Shown here one piece after another: positions 48,189 through 58,358 of a stretch of 64,000 nt of DNA. This DNA comes from Longimicrobiales bacterium (GTDB lineage: Bacteria; Gemmatimonadota; Gemmatimonadetes; Longimicrobiales; Gaopeijiaceae): the NCBI GenBank assembly GCA_965219445.1, contig CBDCNQ010000005.1:704001-768000 (forward strand). Direction: 5' to 3'. The notes beneath the pieces were generated by a model that made no database searches, had not been told where the DNA came from, and saw nothing but the letters and a program-made list of their open reading frames with translations. The translations under genes were made by a program, and so were the position numbers. How positions within the stretch are numbered: position 1 is the first letter of the stretch; the number at the start of each line of letters is the position of its first letter.

Positions 48189-49841
48189 GTGAGCATGGAC
48201 AAGAAGAAGACTAGGCGAGAGTTCCTTAGGGACAGCGCGGTTGTCGGTGTGGGCGCGGGTGCTTTCGCCCGACTCGGCCCGGCGGATGCACAGGAAATCG
48301 CGTGGGACCGCGAGGTCGACGTGGCGGTCATCGGTGCGGGTGCCGCCGGGCTGCCAGCCGCGATTGCGGCCCGGGACCAGGGAGTCTCGGTCCTGTTGGT
48401 CGAGCAGAATTTCGACATCGGCGGACGAGCGATCCTGAGCGGAGGAGCAGCCTACCTCGGTGGTGGAACCTGGCTGCAGAAGGCGGAGGGGATCGAGGAT
48501 TCACCAGATGACATCTTCCAGGACTGGTGCATCGACGACCACCCGATGAACCGCTACAACGACAGAGAGATCGTACGCACCTACGTCGAGAGTTGTGTTG
48601 CGACTTTTGACTTCCTGACAGATCAGGGGGTCGATTGGGCGCCGTTCAACGGGCGGATCGACCGCCTGGACACGGTTCCCAGGCGTGCGCGCCCCCATGA
48701 GTGGCCGGTCAGAAGCGAGGTCATCGTACCGGGCCAACGCGGTTCCGGTCTGATGAGGCCGCTGGAAAAGACTGCCAAGGCCAAGGGCGTCGAGTTCCTC
48801 ATGCAGCACCGGATGAGGACCTTCATTCGGGAGACGCCCACCTCCGGAAGGGTCATTGGCCTCACTGCCATGGAAGTGGACGACTACTACGAGCCAACAG
48901 GCCGAACCGTGAACATCCGTACAAGGAAAGGGATCGTGTTCTGCACGGGTGGCCATTCGAGCAACATCAACTTCCGTAGGATGTTCGACCCGAGGCTGAC
49001 CGAGGAGTACCAGGTACACGGTGACGGCTGGACCCCTCAAAATGCCGACGGGGAAATCGCCGCCATGGCGATCGGCGCGTCACTCTGGGGGACGGCCAAC
49101 CAGACGAACGAGTCGGATGGCCAGCTTTCGAAAGGTCGCTTGGCTACCAGATCGAACTATCACGGTCTCGAGTTTCCCCCTGACGCCCCGAACTTCTTCC
49201 GTGAAAAGGCTAGCGGGATACGTGCAAGCGATTTTCAGAACCTCATCCTCGTGAGGGAAAGCGGTAAGAGGTTCTACGACGAGACCGCGGGTATTAGGGA
49301 CTATCAGTATTTCTTCGCTGCGATGCAGTGGTCGGGCGATCTGAAAAAGCTGAACGGGGGCGGGCCGATCTGGGCCATCTTCGATGCAGCGGGCGTGGAG
49401 CGAGAGGAGTGGGTGGTCGAGCCTCCATACGTGGATCCGGACGGCTATTTCTTCAGGGCAGATACCCTCGAAGAACTCGCCGCCAGCATAGACAACAAGT
49501 ACCAGTGGCGGCCGATGGCTGGAGCCACCCTGCGGGAGACCGTGGAGCGGTATAATTCCTTCGTTGACTCCGGTGTCGATGAGGACTTCCATAAGCCTCG
49601 TCCGATGTACAAGATTCAACAGCCCCCGTTCTATGCGGCCTGGGCCACTCCCTGTGTCCACGATTGCTACGCGGGCGTTCGTACCAACACGAGTGCCCAG
49701 GTGTTGGACATGATGGGCGAAGTCATCCCGGGTCTCTATGCTGCCGGCGAGTCCCAAGGCGGAACCGGCATGCATGGTCTTGGTCCAAGTGTCGTCTATG
49801 GCCGCATCGCGGGTATGCATGTGGCTCAGCTGGACGATTAA
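48189..49841 (+). CDS. Tat-exported FAD oxidoreductase (flavocytochrome c / KstD superfamily)
   Basis: TRREFL; DVAVIGAGAAG, SGG, TGG, ADTLEELA, VERYN, PPFYA, IPGLYAAGE; RBS GGGGAG. Confidence 0.9.
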   Translation: MSMDKKKTRREFLRDSAVVGVGAGAFARLGPADAQEIAWDREVDVAVIGAGAAGLPAAIAARDQGVSVLLVEQNFDIGGRAILSGGAAYLGGGTWLQKAEGIEDSPDDIFQDWCIDDHPMNRYNDREIVRTYVESCVATFDFLTDQGVDWAPFNGRIDRLDTVPRRARPHEWPVRSEVIVPGQRGSGLMRPLEKTAKAKGVEFLMQHRMRTFIRETPTSGRVIGLTAMEVDDYYEPTGRTVNIRTRKGIVFCTGGHSSNINFRRMFDPRLTEEYQVHGDGWTPQNADGEIAAMAIGASLWGTANQTNESDGQLSKGRLATRSNYHGLEFPPDAPNFFREKASGIRASDFQNLILVRESGKRFYDETAGIRDYQYFFAAMQWSGDLKKLNGGGPIWAIFDAAGVEREEWVVEPPYVDPDGYFFRADTLEELAASIDNKYQWRPMAGATLRETVERYNSFVDSGVDEDFHKPRPMYKIQQPPFYAAWATPCVHDCYAGVRTNTSAQVLDMMGEVIPGLYAAGESQGGTGMHGLGPSVVYGRIAGMHVAQLDD

Positions 49842-50054
49842 GACTAGGAGCGCAGACTGGCGGGTAGGACGGGAAGGAGGGGCCTCGGGCGCACTCACTT
49901 GTGCTACCCGGGGCCCTCCCGAGGGTCAGGTCGAGACGTAGCGCCCCAGGAACTGGTGACCCGGCGAGGGGTAGTTCTCAAGTGCAATGCGTGCGGCCCA
50001 GGTAGCCGACCCATTTGTGATCGTTCTGGGCCCCGGCGCCCGTCGGAGGGCTAC

Positions 50055-50801
50055 ATGGCTACGCTTACGTTCCAAAAAGCTTCGATCATACTCCTCACGG
50101 TGCTGTGTGGAATCCTGCTTTCTTTTCCACGCTCCACGCTCCACGCGCAAGCCCTTGGCTCCATGGCCGGAACCGTATTGAGTGTGTTGGACGATGAGCC
50201 GCTGAAGGGTGCGACGGTGACGGTGATTGAAGGTGATTTCCAGGCCGTGACCGATGAAGAGGGACGGTTCTTCTTTTCAGACCTTCCTACCGGCGAAGTG
50301 ACGCTGAGAGTTGAGTTGGGTGGGTATACTTCGCTCGTGGAGCGCGTGATACCAACGCCGGCCGAGGTGGGCGTTTTTCAAGTCAGGATCGCTCCCATTT
50401 GGGCGAGCCTTTCGGAGATTGTGGTGACTGCGGGCCAATCGACACGTCCCGCGTCCGCCGATGTTATCATAGCAAATAACGACGACGCCAAGACCGCGTT
50501 TGAACTACTCGCCGAGAAGATCCCCGGTTTGGGTACGAGCTTGAGCCAAGGCGCGGTGCGTGGCGGGTCCAGGATCCGGCTTCGAGGTAACAATTCGATC
50601 ACTTTCAGCAGCTTCCCCGCAATTTACGTGGATGGGATCCGCGTCAATAGTGAGGAAAGCAGTGGGCTTCAAGCTCTAGCGCGTATCCCCGCCGAGGAAG
50701 TAGCGGGCATTCGAATCCTCAGGGGTCCCTCTGCTACGAGCCATTATGGTGACGCGGCAGATGGGGTGATCCTGATCGAAACCCGTAAGGGCGGACGGTA
50801 A
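50055..50801 (+). CDS. Carboxypeptidase-regulatory-like + TonB plug domain protein without a barrel
   Basis: Signal; GTV...PL.GATV...TDEEGRF; EIVVTA; RIRLRG.NS...P.IYVDG...I.ILRGPSA...YG...GVILIETR then stop. Confidence 0.8.
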   Translation: MATLTFQKASIILLTVLCGILLSFPRSTLHAQALGSMAGTVLSVLDDEPLKGATVTVIEGDFQAVTDEEGRFFFSDLPTGEVTLRVELGGYTSLVERVIPTPAEVGVFQVRIAPIWASLSEIVVTAGQSTRPASADVIIANNDDAKTAFELLAEKIPGLGTSLSQGAVRGGSRIRLRGNNSITFSSFPAIYVDGIRVNSEESSGLQALARIPAEEVAGIRILRGPSATSHYGDAADGVILIETRKGGR

Positions 50802-50842
50802 ACGAGGGAGGGGGACGCCCCGAGGACCCCCATTCGTGACCG

Positions 50843-51022
50843 TCAGGCCAGGCGGACCAGCGTCTTTCCGGAGTAGATTTGACCCGCTCTGAAGTCATCA
50901 CTCGGGTCGTCCTCGGGGGGGTCGGGGCGAGCATCTGGTTGAACGGGATCGACGCATGCTGTCAGTCCTAAAACCACCGCGGTCACCAACGCGGCGAAGA
51001 TCGGTCGACGAGGAAATTTCAT
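50843..51022 (-). CDS. Small 59-aa lipoprotein (not in ORF track)
   Basis: MKFPRRPIFAALVTAVVLGLTAC-VDPVQPDARPDPPEDDPSDDFRAGQIYSGKTLVRLA; lipobox LTAC; purine-rich RBS GGAGAGAAGAG. Confidence 0.7.
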   Translation of the reverse strand: MKFPRRPIFAALVTAVVLGLTACVDPVQPDARPDPPEDDPSDDFRAGQIYSGKTLVRLA

Positions 51023-51168
51023 CTCTTCTCTCCAACTTAATGCCTTGAGCCGGGGTGTCCCGATGATTCAACGGGAAGACCCTCTCCGTACACGACTACA
51101 CCAATACACCAAAGTACTTCGGAGTTTCCGAGGACGACAGACGCCTTGGCTCGTGCCTTCGACACCCC

Positions 51169-52693
51169 TCACACCGACGGCTCCACGTTCGCGTTCAAGC
51201 GGAATAGATTGTTCGGATCGTACCGGTTCTTTACCGCCACGAGCCGGTTGAAGTTGTCGCGGAAGTTGGCGTTGACGACCTCGGTCGTGGCGTCCGGGTC
51301 GAGGTCGTTCGTATAGAACCCTCGCGTGAAGGGCTCGAGGCCCGGCCAGAACTCACGGATCCAGGCGATGTGCTCGCTACCGTCACTGGGGTTGGGCCAA
51401 TCGACGATGCAGAGCAAGTTGGCCAATTCCTCGCGTTGCGCGAACGCCGTCGCCTCATCGGGGACTCGAGCGATCGCGCCTCCGCCCTGCACGAAGACGA
51501 GCCGAGTCAGCCGCTCCGGATGCCCCTCGAACCCGTCCTCGATCGCTGAGACCAGGCCCGCAGGGATTTCGCTGACGAAGCCGCTTTTCAGGTACGATGC
51601 TCGCGCCCTGAAATCCTCAACGTCTCCAGAGCTTTGTACCGCGACGTAGTCCATACCCTGAACGTTGTCCACGAGTGGGGTCCCAAGCTTTCGAAGCGGT
51701 GCGAGCACTTGGTCGGCTCGGCTCGGCGACCCAGAGTAGCAAATGCCGAAACCCGTGACTCCTGGTGCACCACCGGGAGGCACGGCCACCACGCAGTCCA
51801 ATTGGAGCTCGTCGGGGTGCCTGGGGCCCGTACTCGCCGTACAGGGTCAGTACATCACGAACCATCGAGATGGGATACATGATCTGACCAAAAAGAACCT
51901 GCCGCTGCATAGGATGGAGCCCGAATTCGAAGGAAGTGACGATACCGAAGTTTCCGCCCCCTCCGCGCACCCCCCAGAACAGGTCCGGATTTTCCTCGGC
52001 GCTCGCTCGCAGGAAGTCGCCGTCCGCCGTGACCACATCCACGGACAGGAGGGTGTCCACCGACAGCCCGAATCGGCGTGCCAGCCGCCCGAATCCACCA
52101 CCGGTCACCAGCCCGCCCACACCCGTGTGCGACACCGTGCCCATGGGGGTCACCAGATCATAGGCCATGGCCTCGTGATCCACCTGCCCCAATAGGCTCC
52201 CCCCCGTTACCCTGGCCCTTTGGGCGACGGGATCGACCCGTACGTTCCGGAAGGGCGACAGATCGATCATCATGCCCATGTCGTACGTGGACTTCCCTGA
52301 GTAGCTGTGACCCCCGCACTTGACCGCGAGCAAGAGCCCCTCGTTTTCTCGCGCGAAGTCGACGGCGGTTCGGACATCCGCCGCACCCGTCACCTGAGCA
52401 ATCAACGCGGGCCGCTTGTCGAAAGACGGGTTGAGGATCCGACGCGCCCCGTCGTAACCATCGTCACCGGCCACCAGCACACGACCTCTCAGCCGCGCAG
52501 CGAGGTCGGCGACGGCCTCGGAAGCCAGTGTGATTTCCCTGCCGTCCCCCGTAATCGCCCGGAGATCGGCCGGAACTGCAGGAGCCGGGCGAAAGACCGC
52601 GTCGGCAAAAGCCGCCTCGAGGCGCTCGGGAAAGGGAAGAGACGCCGCGGCGGCTGCGCCGAGGCCGGACCGAATGAAGGTGCGACGCTTCAT
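51169..52693 (-). pseudogene. Tat-exported FAD-linked oxidase (VAO/BBE family) with +1 frameshift
   Basis: KRRTFI, CGGHS, GGGFG, DLFWGVRGGGGNFGIVT; C-terminal Y.N...RL..VK.RYDP.NLF. One extra C at 51814-51817 breaks ...QAP|DELQLD. Confidence 0.85.
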
Positions 52694-52914
52694 GATTGGT
52701 CTCCTGTCGGTGGGATATCGACTAGGGGATGTACAGGTTAGGCGCGGCCCTCACGCGAGGCAAGGGTACAGGTCGCGGTGGGGCTGCACGATGCCTTGGA
52801 GTGGATCCGGGAGAGGGTCGCCAGCTGACCCAGCTACGCGCACACTGCGAATCGTCCTTCGCTTTTGTTTGGACCCCGTAAGGCCACGTCAGGCCCCGTC
52901 GGATCCAATCCGGA

Positions 52915-54330
52915 CTAGTCCGGTCCCCTAGATCCTTCGGCTGGAGCCCACGTCCGGTTGTACTTCTTCTGAGCGTAGCTGTCGATGTGGGTGAAGCGCG
53001 CGGGACTTTCATCGAGCGACTTCGCCAGCGTGTTCATCTGCTCCGGGTCCGTGCTTATCCACTGCCCTTGATCCAGGCGACGTTCCAACGTCTCGATTGC
53101 CGCCATGACCTCGGCCGGCGTGTAACCACAGTGAGTCGGTGAAAGGACGTACGCCGTTCGGTAGAGATCATCTCTGCCGTTCGCCCGAACCAAATCGTCG
53201 TAGCCCTGGACCAGACTGGGCGGAACCCGCGAGTCACCGATCTCCTGCATCCTGAGGAGTGGAACCTGCAGATTACCTTTCGCTGTCCGCCCTGGAGTGT
53301 TCCACCACTCCAGCGCGTAGTCGGAGGCCGAGACGCGGGGGAACGCATTGACCCGTTCGAGGTCCGCCTCGAGATCCAGACCGGCCTCCCGATACAGCCG
53401 CCGGACGGCTCCCTTGAAGAATTCGTTGCCGTTCTCGAAGAACTCCCGGTAGTCAACGTCCGTGTTCCAGGACAACTGCTGTCCGAGGGCGGCAAGCTCC
53501 TTCCTGATCCGGCTGTTGCCGCCCGGAGCTGAGGCAATCTCGAAAAGAACGTGGTACATGCTGTGTTGGAGCTCGGCCGCATTCTCGAGATTCGGCTGCG
53601 GCGTCAGCCGATTTGCCCAGGCCGGCCATTGGCCGAGAGTGAAGGCCAAAGCGATCCGCGCTCGGCCTTCTGGAGTCTGCTGCGCCGCATCGATCGCGCG
53701 GCGCCATGCCTGGGGAATCTCGGGCAGGATCTGACCCAAAGCCTCGAACGGGAGATCTGTGACCGGCAGATCAGGGGCGATCAGGGCCTTCAGGGCAAAC
53801 CACCCGTCGAGAAACGTATTCATCTGCCACACGGGAATATGTGCGGCCATGGCGACCGCCCCATCGATTCGGCGGGAAAAGTCCTCCGCAATGTTGAGCG
53901 TGACGGCCCCCCCGCCCGAGCATCCGAACTGGATCACTCGATCCGGTCTGCGGAAGCGCCGGTCGAACAGGTCGAGCACCCGATCGAGATTTGCGATCTC
54001 GACCGCCGGATCCCACCGGAGCGCCCGAAGGGGATGACGGCCGGTTCCAATCATGGCGTAACCCCTCTCGAGCAGGTACGAGTAGTTTCGCCAGCGGTCA
54101 CCGCTTCGGGCCCTCGACGCATAGTCCAGGTCCCTGATCACCGTGCCGGTCCAATTGGGCGGAACCCGCATCAGGTACGACGTGCCGTCCGGAAGCGTCC
54201 CGCCCTCCTCGGCGAAGGTCGCCTGTGCCGCAGCCTTGCCGTTTGTCGCCGCCGTCGCCGGGAGGAAAACGAGTACCGCCACGAGGACGCCCGTTAACAG
54301 CCCCCCACGAGCTTGATTCAATCGGTGCAT
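52915..54330 (-). CDS. Secreted alpha/beta-hydrolase-like protein
   Basis: Signal; Y..RVP.NW.G, GCSGG elbow, GD..VP, THCGY. Confidence 0.75.
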   Translation of the reverse strand: MHRLNQARGGLLTGVLVAVLVFLPATAATNGKAAAQATFAEEGGTLPDGTSYLMRVPPNWTGTVIRDLDYASRARSGDRWRNYSYLLERGYAMIGTGRHPLRALRWDPAVEIANLDRVLDLFDRRFRRPDRVIQFGCSGGGAVTLNIAEDFSRRIDGAVAMAAHIPVWQMNTFLDGWFALKALIAPDLPVTDLPFEALGQILPEIPQAWRRAIDAAQQTPEGRARIALAFTLGQWPAWANRLTPQPNLENAAELQHSMYHVLFEIASAPGGNSRIRKELAALGQQLSWNTDVDYREFFENGNEFFKGAVRRLYREAGLDLEADLERVNAFPRVSASDYALEWWNTPGRTAKGNLQVPLLRMQEIGDSRVPPSLVQGYDDLVRANGRDDLYRTAYVLSPTHCGYTPAEVMAAIETLERRLDQGQWISTDPEQMNTLAKSLDESPARFTHIDSYAQKKYNRTWAPAEGSRGPD

Positions 54331-54612
54331 GCGACGCCTCCCGTATCGTGGGCGACTGGGGTGACCGTCGAAAGACGATGGTCCATCCCGTTCACTGCGT
54401 TTACAGCCTATCCGAGTGACGACCCACCCGCAATGAGCGTGAATCCCTCCTTCCGATGGGGTCCCCCCCCCCGCTTCCCGTTCCTCGAATTCGGCCTTTG
54501 TCCAGCCACCACCTCCTGTAACGGCACGGCGTCACCCAGGGCCGGGCCGACCGCTTGACACCGACTAGCGGCCGGCCGAATATCGGCAGGGTACGCCATC
54601 CGTTCGCTTCCA

Positions 54613-54996
54613 ATGTCCACCGGTCCAGCCACAGACCCAATGATGAGCCTTGCGTCACTCTCCTGGTACTACCGGGCGGCGGTCTGCGCGCTTTCCCTGA
54701 CGCTGTCGCTCAGCACCCTGCCCGTCGCGGGGTCCAGCCAAGAGGTCGAGGGCTACGTTCGGGTCCCGACGAGCCACGCCAACGTGCACATGGGCCCCTC
54801 GTCAGGCCAGCAGCTCCTGTGGATGGCTCCTGAGGATACAGTCCTGCCCGTCATCGGTCGGCAGGGCGAATGGCTCATGGTCCAACTCTCGCCGGAGCTC
54901 AGAGAGACCGGGATCGTAATGCGATGGTACCGAAACGAGGACCGGGGCTACATGCATGAATCGACCGTGGAGTTCGTCGAAGAGCCGCGCGAATAA
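54613..54996 (+). CDS. Secreted SH3-domain protein
   Basis: Signal; ANVH.GPS...LPVIGRQGEWL.V...GYMH. Start uncertain. Confidence 0.7.
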   Translation: MSTGPATDPMMSLASLSWYYRAAVCALSLTLSLSTLPVAGSSQEVEGYVRVPTSHANVHMGPSSGQQLLWMAPEDTVLPVIGRQGEWLMVQLSPELRETGIVMRWYRNEDRGYMHESTVEFVEEPRE

Positions 54997-55039
54997 GGTG
55001 TCTCACTTATCGAGTCCCCTCCGTAAACGGAGGCCTTTG

Positions 55040-55972
55040 ATGCTCCTACCAGATCCATTCGTCTCGCTCAGGACGGGGCTGCTCCTACTGGTGACCTCAG
55101 GTCTCACGAGTTGCGGAGACATCCCGGGCTCGGATCAGTCGGAATCGATACCTCTGTCGGAGTCCGGAACACGGGAGTCCGGAGTTCCGAGAATGGGCAA
55201 CTACGAGGGGGTCCTAGATTGGCCACGGGGACTGCCGGATAGCTATCCCGGGGAGCACGATGGTTGGACCTGGGGGTCCCGCTTCCGGCGTCTGGGCGGA
55301 GAGCCCGGACAAGGTCTGGGTTGGACAGCGCGCCGAGATCGAGCTACCCCCTGGCGCCGAGCCCTGGATAGAGGGGTGCCCGGGCGCGGCCCGAACAACT
55401 TCAACCGGCCGACCGACATCAGCTGGCTGCCCGACGGAACGTTCTTCGTTGCAGATGGCTACGCGGGAACACGGGTCGCCAAATTCGACGCCGCCGGCAA
55501 CTTCCTGATGGACTGGGGGCAACCGCCAGTCGATCCAGACAACCCGGGTCCCTACGAATTCTGGTCGGTCCACAGTATCGGGATCAGTCGAGACCGCCGG
55601 ATCTTCGTCGCGGATCGCGAGCACAGCCGCATGCAGGTCTTCGACGAAAATGGCAACTTCCTCGAGATGTGGCCTACCGGACATGAATCAGCGGTGCTCG
55701 CCCATATCGTCACTGAGGATGACCACCTATGGGTCGCGGACTGGACAACGAACCGGCTCGTCAAGTACGACCTGGACGGACGGTACATTCTGGACATCGG
55801 GGGGCCCGGACCTCTTCCCGGGCAATTCGACGGTGCACACCAGATGCATGTGGACCAAGAAGGCAACCTGTACGTCTCGGAGATCGGGAACAACCGCACG
55901 CAGAAATTTCGACCCCTACCGGATGCCGATTCGGCGACCCTCGTAGCCCCCCAGGTGGGGGGCTGGCCTTAG
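55040..55972 (+). pseudogene. Degenerate PAL-like NHL lipoprotein (frameshifted segment and internal deletion)
   Basis: Lipobox LTSC. After WTWGS the family-like sequence ASGVWAESPDKVWVGQR lies in another frame (extra C at 55278-80). It rejoins near 55369 at GVPGRG..FNRPTDI with blades missing. Confidence 0.7.
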
Positions 55973-56042
55973 GCCCAGTGCTTTAGCGGGACCTTTCACT
56001 CACCCCTGAGGCCCTCGCAGATACACACCGTGGACTGGAGGA

Positions 56043-57185
56043 TCAGTTTTGCGTCCCGGTGAAGACTATCCTCCGCACGCCACGAGTGGCGCCGGCCACG
56101 TAGATGTTCCTCCGTGAATCTACGGCGATCTGGTGGCCACCACCGATCATTTCAGGCACCTGGATGCTGCCTAAGATCTCCAGTGATACTCGATCGACGA
56201 CAACGATGTCACCGCCCCCGCCCACATACAGATATTGCTGATCCGGATCAGGCGACAGCGTCAGATTGCGCGCGAAGGGTGCGGCGCCGCGAACCAGTTG
56301 CTTGAGGAACCTGCCATCGGTTGTAAACGTCTGCACCCGGCGATTTTCCCGATCGGCGACGTAAACGATCCCGTCGTGACTGACCCTGATCGCGTGCGCG
56401 ATGCTGAACTGATCGGGTCCCGGGCCATCCGGTACGCTGCGCAGGGACGGAGGTGGGCATTGGTAGTCATCCTCGGGTGGATTGCCAAAGGCACCCCACA
56501 TACGTTTGTAAGCCCCTGTGGTGGCATCGAACACGACGACCCTGTGGTTCCCATAGCCGTCTGCCACGAAGACCTCGTTGGTGGCCGCATAGACGGCTGC
56601 ATCGGCGGCCTGACTCAGATTCTCCCGGTCTGCATTGCCACGGCTTTCGCTGGCGCGGCCGATCTGCAGGAGGAACTCGCCTTCAGAGCTGAACTTGAGG
56701 ATCTGATCATCGTCGACGGGTTGCAGGCGCGGTAGTGCCCGGGCCGTGCAGTAATTGCCACCGAGCCAGACGTTGTCCGACTCATCGACATGAATGAAAT
56801 GCTCCCGCTGCGGCCACTGGTAGCCCGGACCGTCCCCACCCCACGCATCGATCACCTGCCCATCGGAGTCAAAGACCACGATCGGGGGGGCAGCGGAACC
56901 GATGTCTTCGTCCGACACGGTTCTGGGCCGATGTAGAAGCCACAGGTTGTCTTCACTATCCACCGCAAAGCTGGAGGCATCCTCCAGCTTCCACCCCGCC
57001 GGCAATTGTGGCCAGTCGAGATCCACCTCGTACTGCGAGCTGAAGTCCATCCCAGCAGCTTGCGCCGCGGTGAGGTCAGTGGGTACGAAGCCCTGCGCCA
57101 AGAGCAAGAGCGACACAAGGCCCACCGCCGGCAGTAGCATCGGTAGCGGAGATGGACGCACCGGAAGAATCGGATTCATCATCAT
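56043..57185 (-). CDS. NHL-repeat PAL-like lyase
   Basis: REHFIHVD, ADGYGNHR, IAHAI, ADRENRR, GHQIAVD; ATGA overlap with the VOC gene. Confidence 0.85.
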   Translation of the reverse strand: MMMNPILPVRPSPLPMLLPAVGLVSLLLLAQGFVPTDLTAAQAAGMDFSSQYEVDLDWPQLPAGWKLEDASSFAVDSEDNLWLLHRPRTVSDEDIGSAAPPIVVFDSDGQVIDAWGGDGPGYQWPQREHFIHVDESDNVWLGGNYCTARALPRLQPVDDDQILKFSSEGEFLLQIGRASESRGNADRENLSQAADAAVYAATNEVFVADGYGNHRVVVFDATTGAYKRMWGAFGNPPEDDYQCPPPSLRSVPDGPGPDQFSIAHAIRVSHDGIVYVADRENRRVQTFTTDGRFLKQLVRGAAPFARNLTLSPDPDQQYLYVGGGGDIVVVDRVSLEILGSIQVPEMIGGGHQIAVDSRRNIYVAGATRGVRRIVFTGTQN

Positions 57186-58243
57186 GACATCTCGCAAACG
57201 TTTCCAAGGACACCACCGCCGCCGCAGTAGCTCACGTCCTGTAGCTGGATCCCAACCCCCTCCGGCCCGTCCACCAGAATCTCCGGCGTTGTACCCTCCC
57301 GCATTCTCACGTGGGCAGTCACTCCATGCTCGGCGAGCCGGGCCATGACCTCATCGGGATCGAACCCCTCCACGCCAAAGCCGACATGGTGCCGGAACGC
57401 CTCGGGGCCGCTGCCCTCGACTAGGGCAAGATGTTGAGGTCCGGATCCAACTCTGAGAACGGGGATCGGGGGTCCCTGGTATCCAGCCGTCCGCGGTCCC
57501 CCTTCGTGTTCCTGGTACGTCACGATCTTCATGTCGGTCAGCCGTTGATACCATGCGAGTGCGCTCTGGAGGTCCGTAACGTAATACTTGACGTGGTTCA
57601 TCGTACGTACCTGGATCGCGGGTGGGTCGCCTCGCCGTCGAACGGCGACGGCCGAAGTGTCGCACACCTCGCCCAAGAAGCCCACTCCGCCGCAAGCGAT
57701 TACAGGATTGAACTGGAGCGGAGCGCCGTCAAAGCCGTCGAAATTGACCCCGTTTATCGTCGTGCCTTCCCGGAGAACCGACCGCGCGAGAGTCGGCATC
57801 TCGGCGAGGGCCTGAAAAATCTGGTGGACGTTGAAATCCTCGATACCCCAACAGAAGTGTGGACGCCGGGTTGTTGAGGGGGTGCTGCCTGGCGCTCTCG
57901 GCGACAAGGCCATGTAGGCGGGGGCGTCGCGGCTCCCGACTCGGAGAACGGTTTGGCCCGATCCGCCGCCTCCGTAGTCTTGAAAAGCGTAACGTGGTAT
58001 GCCCAGGACCCTCTCGAACCACGCGACCGTGCGCTGCAGGTCGGCACAGCCAAAGCTGATATGGTTCAGCGTACTGACCCGGACCGGTAGATACGACTGG
58101 GCCGAGTGCACCTGGAGCGGACCTTGTCCCATCGCAGCCCGAGGTCGCCACATCACCATAGCCAAGAAGGAAAGGAGAAGATCCCTGCGTGTGATCTGAC
58201 CATCCTGATCCATTCTCGGCGCTTCTTCGGTCATCATTTTCAT
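57182..58243 (-). CDS. Tat-exported tandem VOC (glyoxalase-like) protein
   Basis: TRRDLL; two LNH/MNH...DL....W..R.....H..(W/F)G.E.F units, each ending CGGxGxLGxVC. Start 58243 or 58213. Confidence 0.8.
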   Translation of the reverse strand: MKMMTEEAPRMDQDGQITRRDLLLSFLAMVMWRPRAAMGQGPLQVHSAQSYLPVRVSTLNHISFGCADLQRTVAWFERVLGIPRYAFQDYGGGGSGQTVLRVGSRDAPAYMALSPRAPGSTPSTTRRPHFCWGIEDFNVHQIFQALAEMPTLARSVLREGTTINGVNFDGFDGAPLQFNPVIACGGVGFLGEVCDTSAVAVRRRGDPPAIQVRTMNHVKYYVTDLQSALAWYQRLTDMKIVTYQEHEGGPRTAGYQGPPIPVLRVGSGPQHLALVEGSGPEAFRHHVGFGVEGFDPDEVMARLAEHGVTAHVRMREGTTPEILVDGPEGVGIQLQDVSYCGGGGVLGNVCEMS

Positions 58244-58358
58244 GGATGCCCTCCTTTCCACAATGTGGCTTAGCTCTCCGAGGAGGTTGGGACGAAGCCG
58301 GAGGGAAACATGGGCCGCCGTGAAACGCGGAGCAAGAAAACGAGCGACTATCCCGCCA

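Noticed and set aside
49876..49920. Imperfect GC hairpin after the flavoprotein gene
   Set aside because: Bulged stem with no U-tract; too weak to call a terminator.
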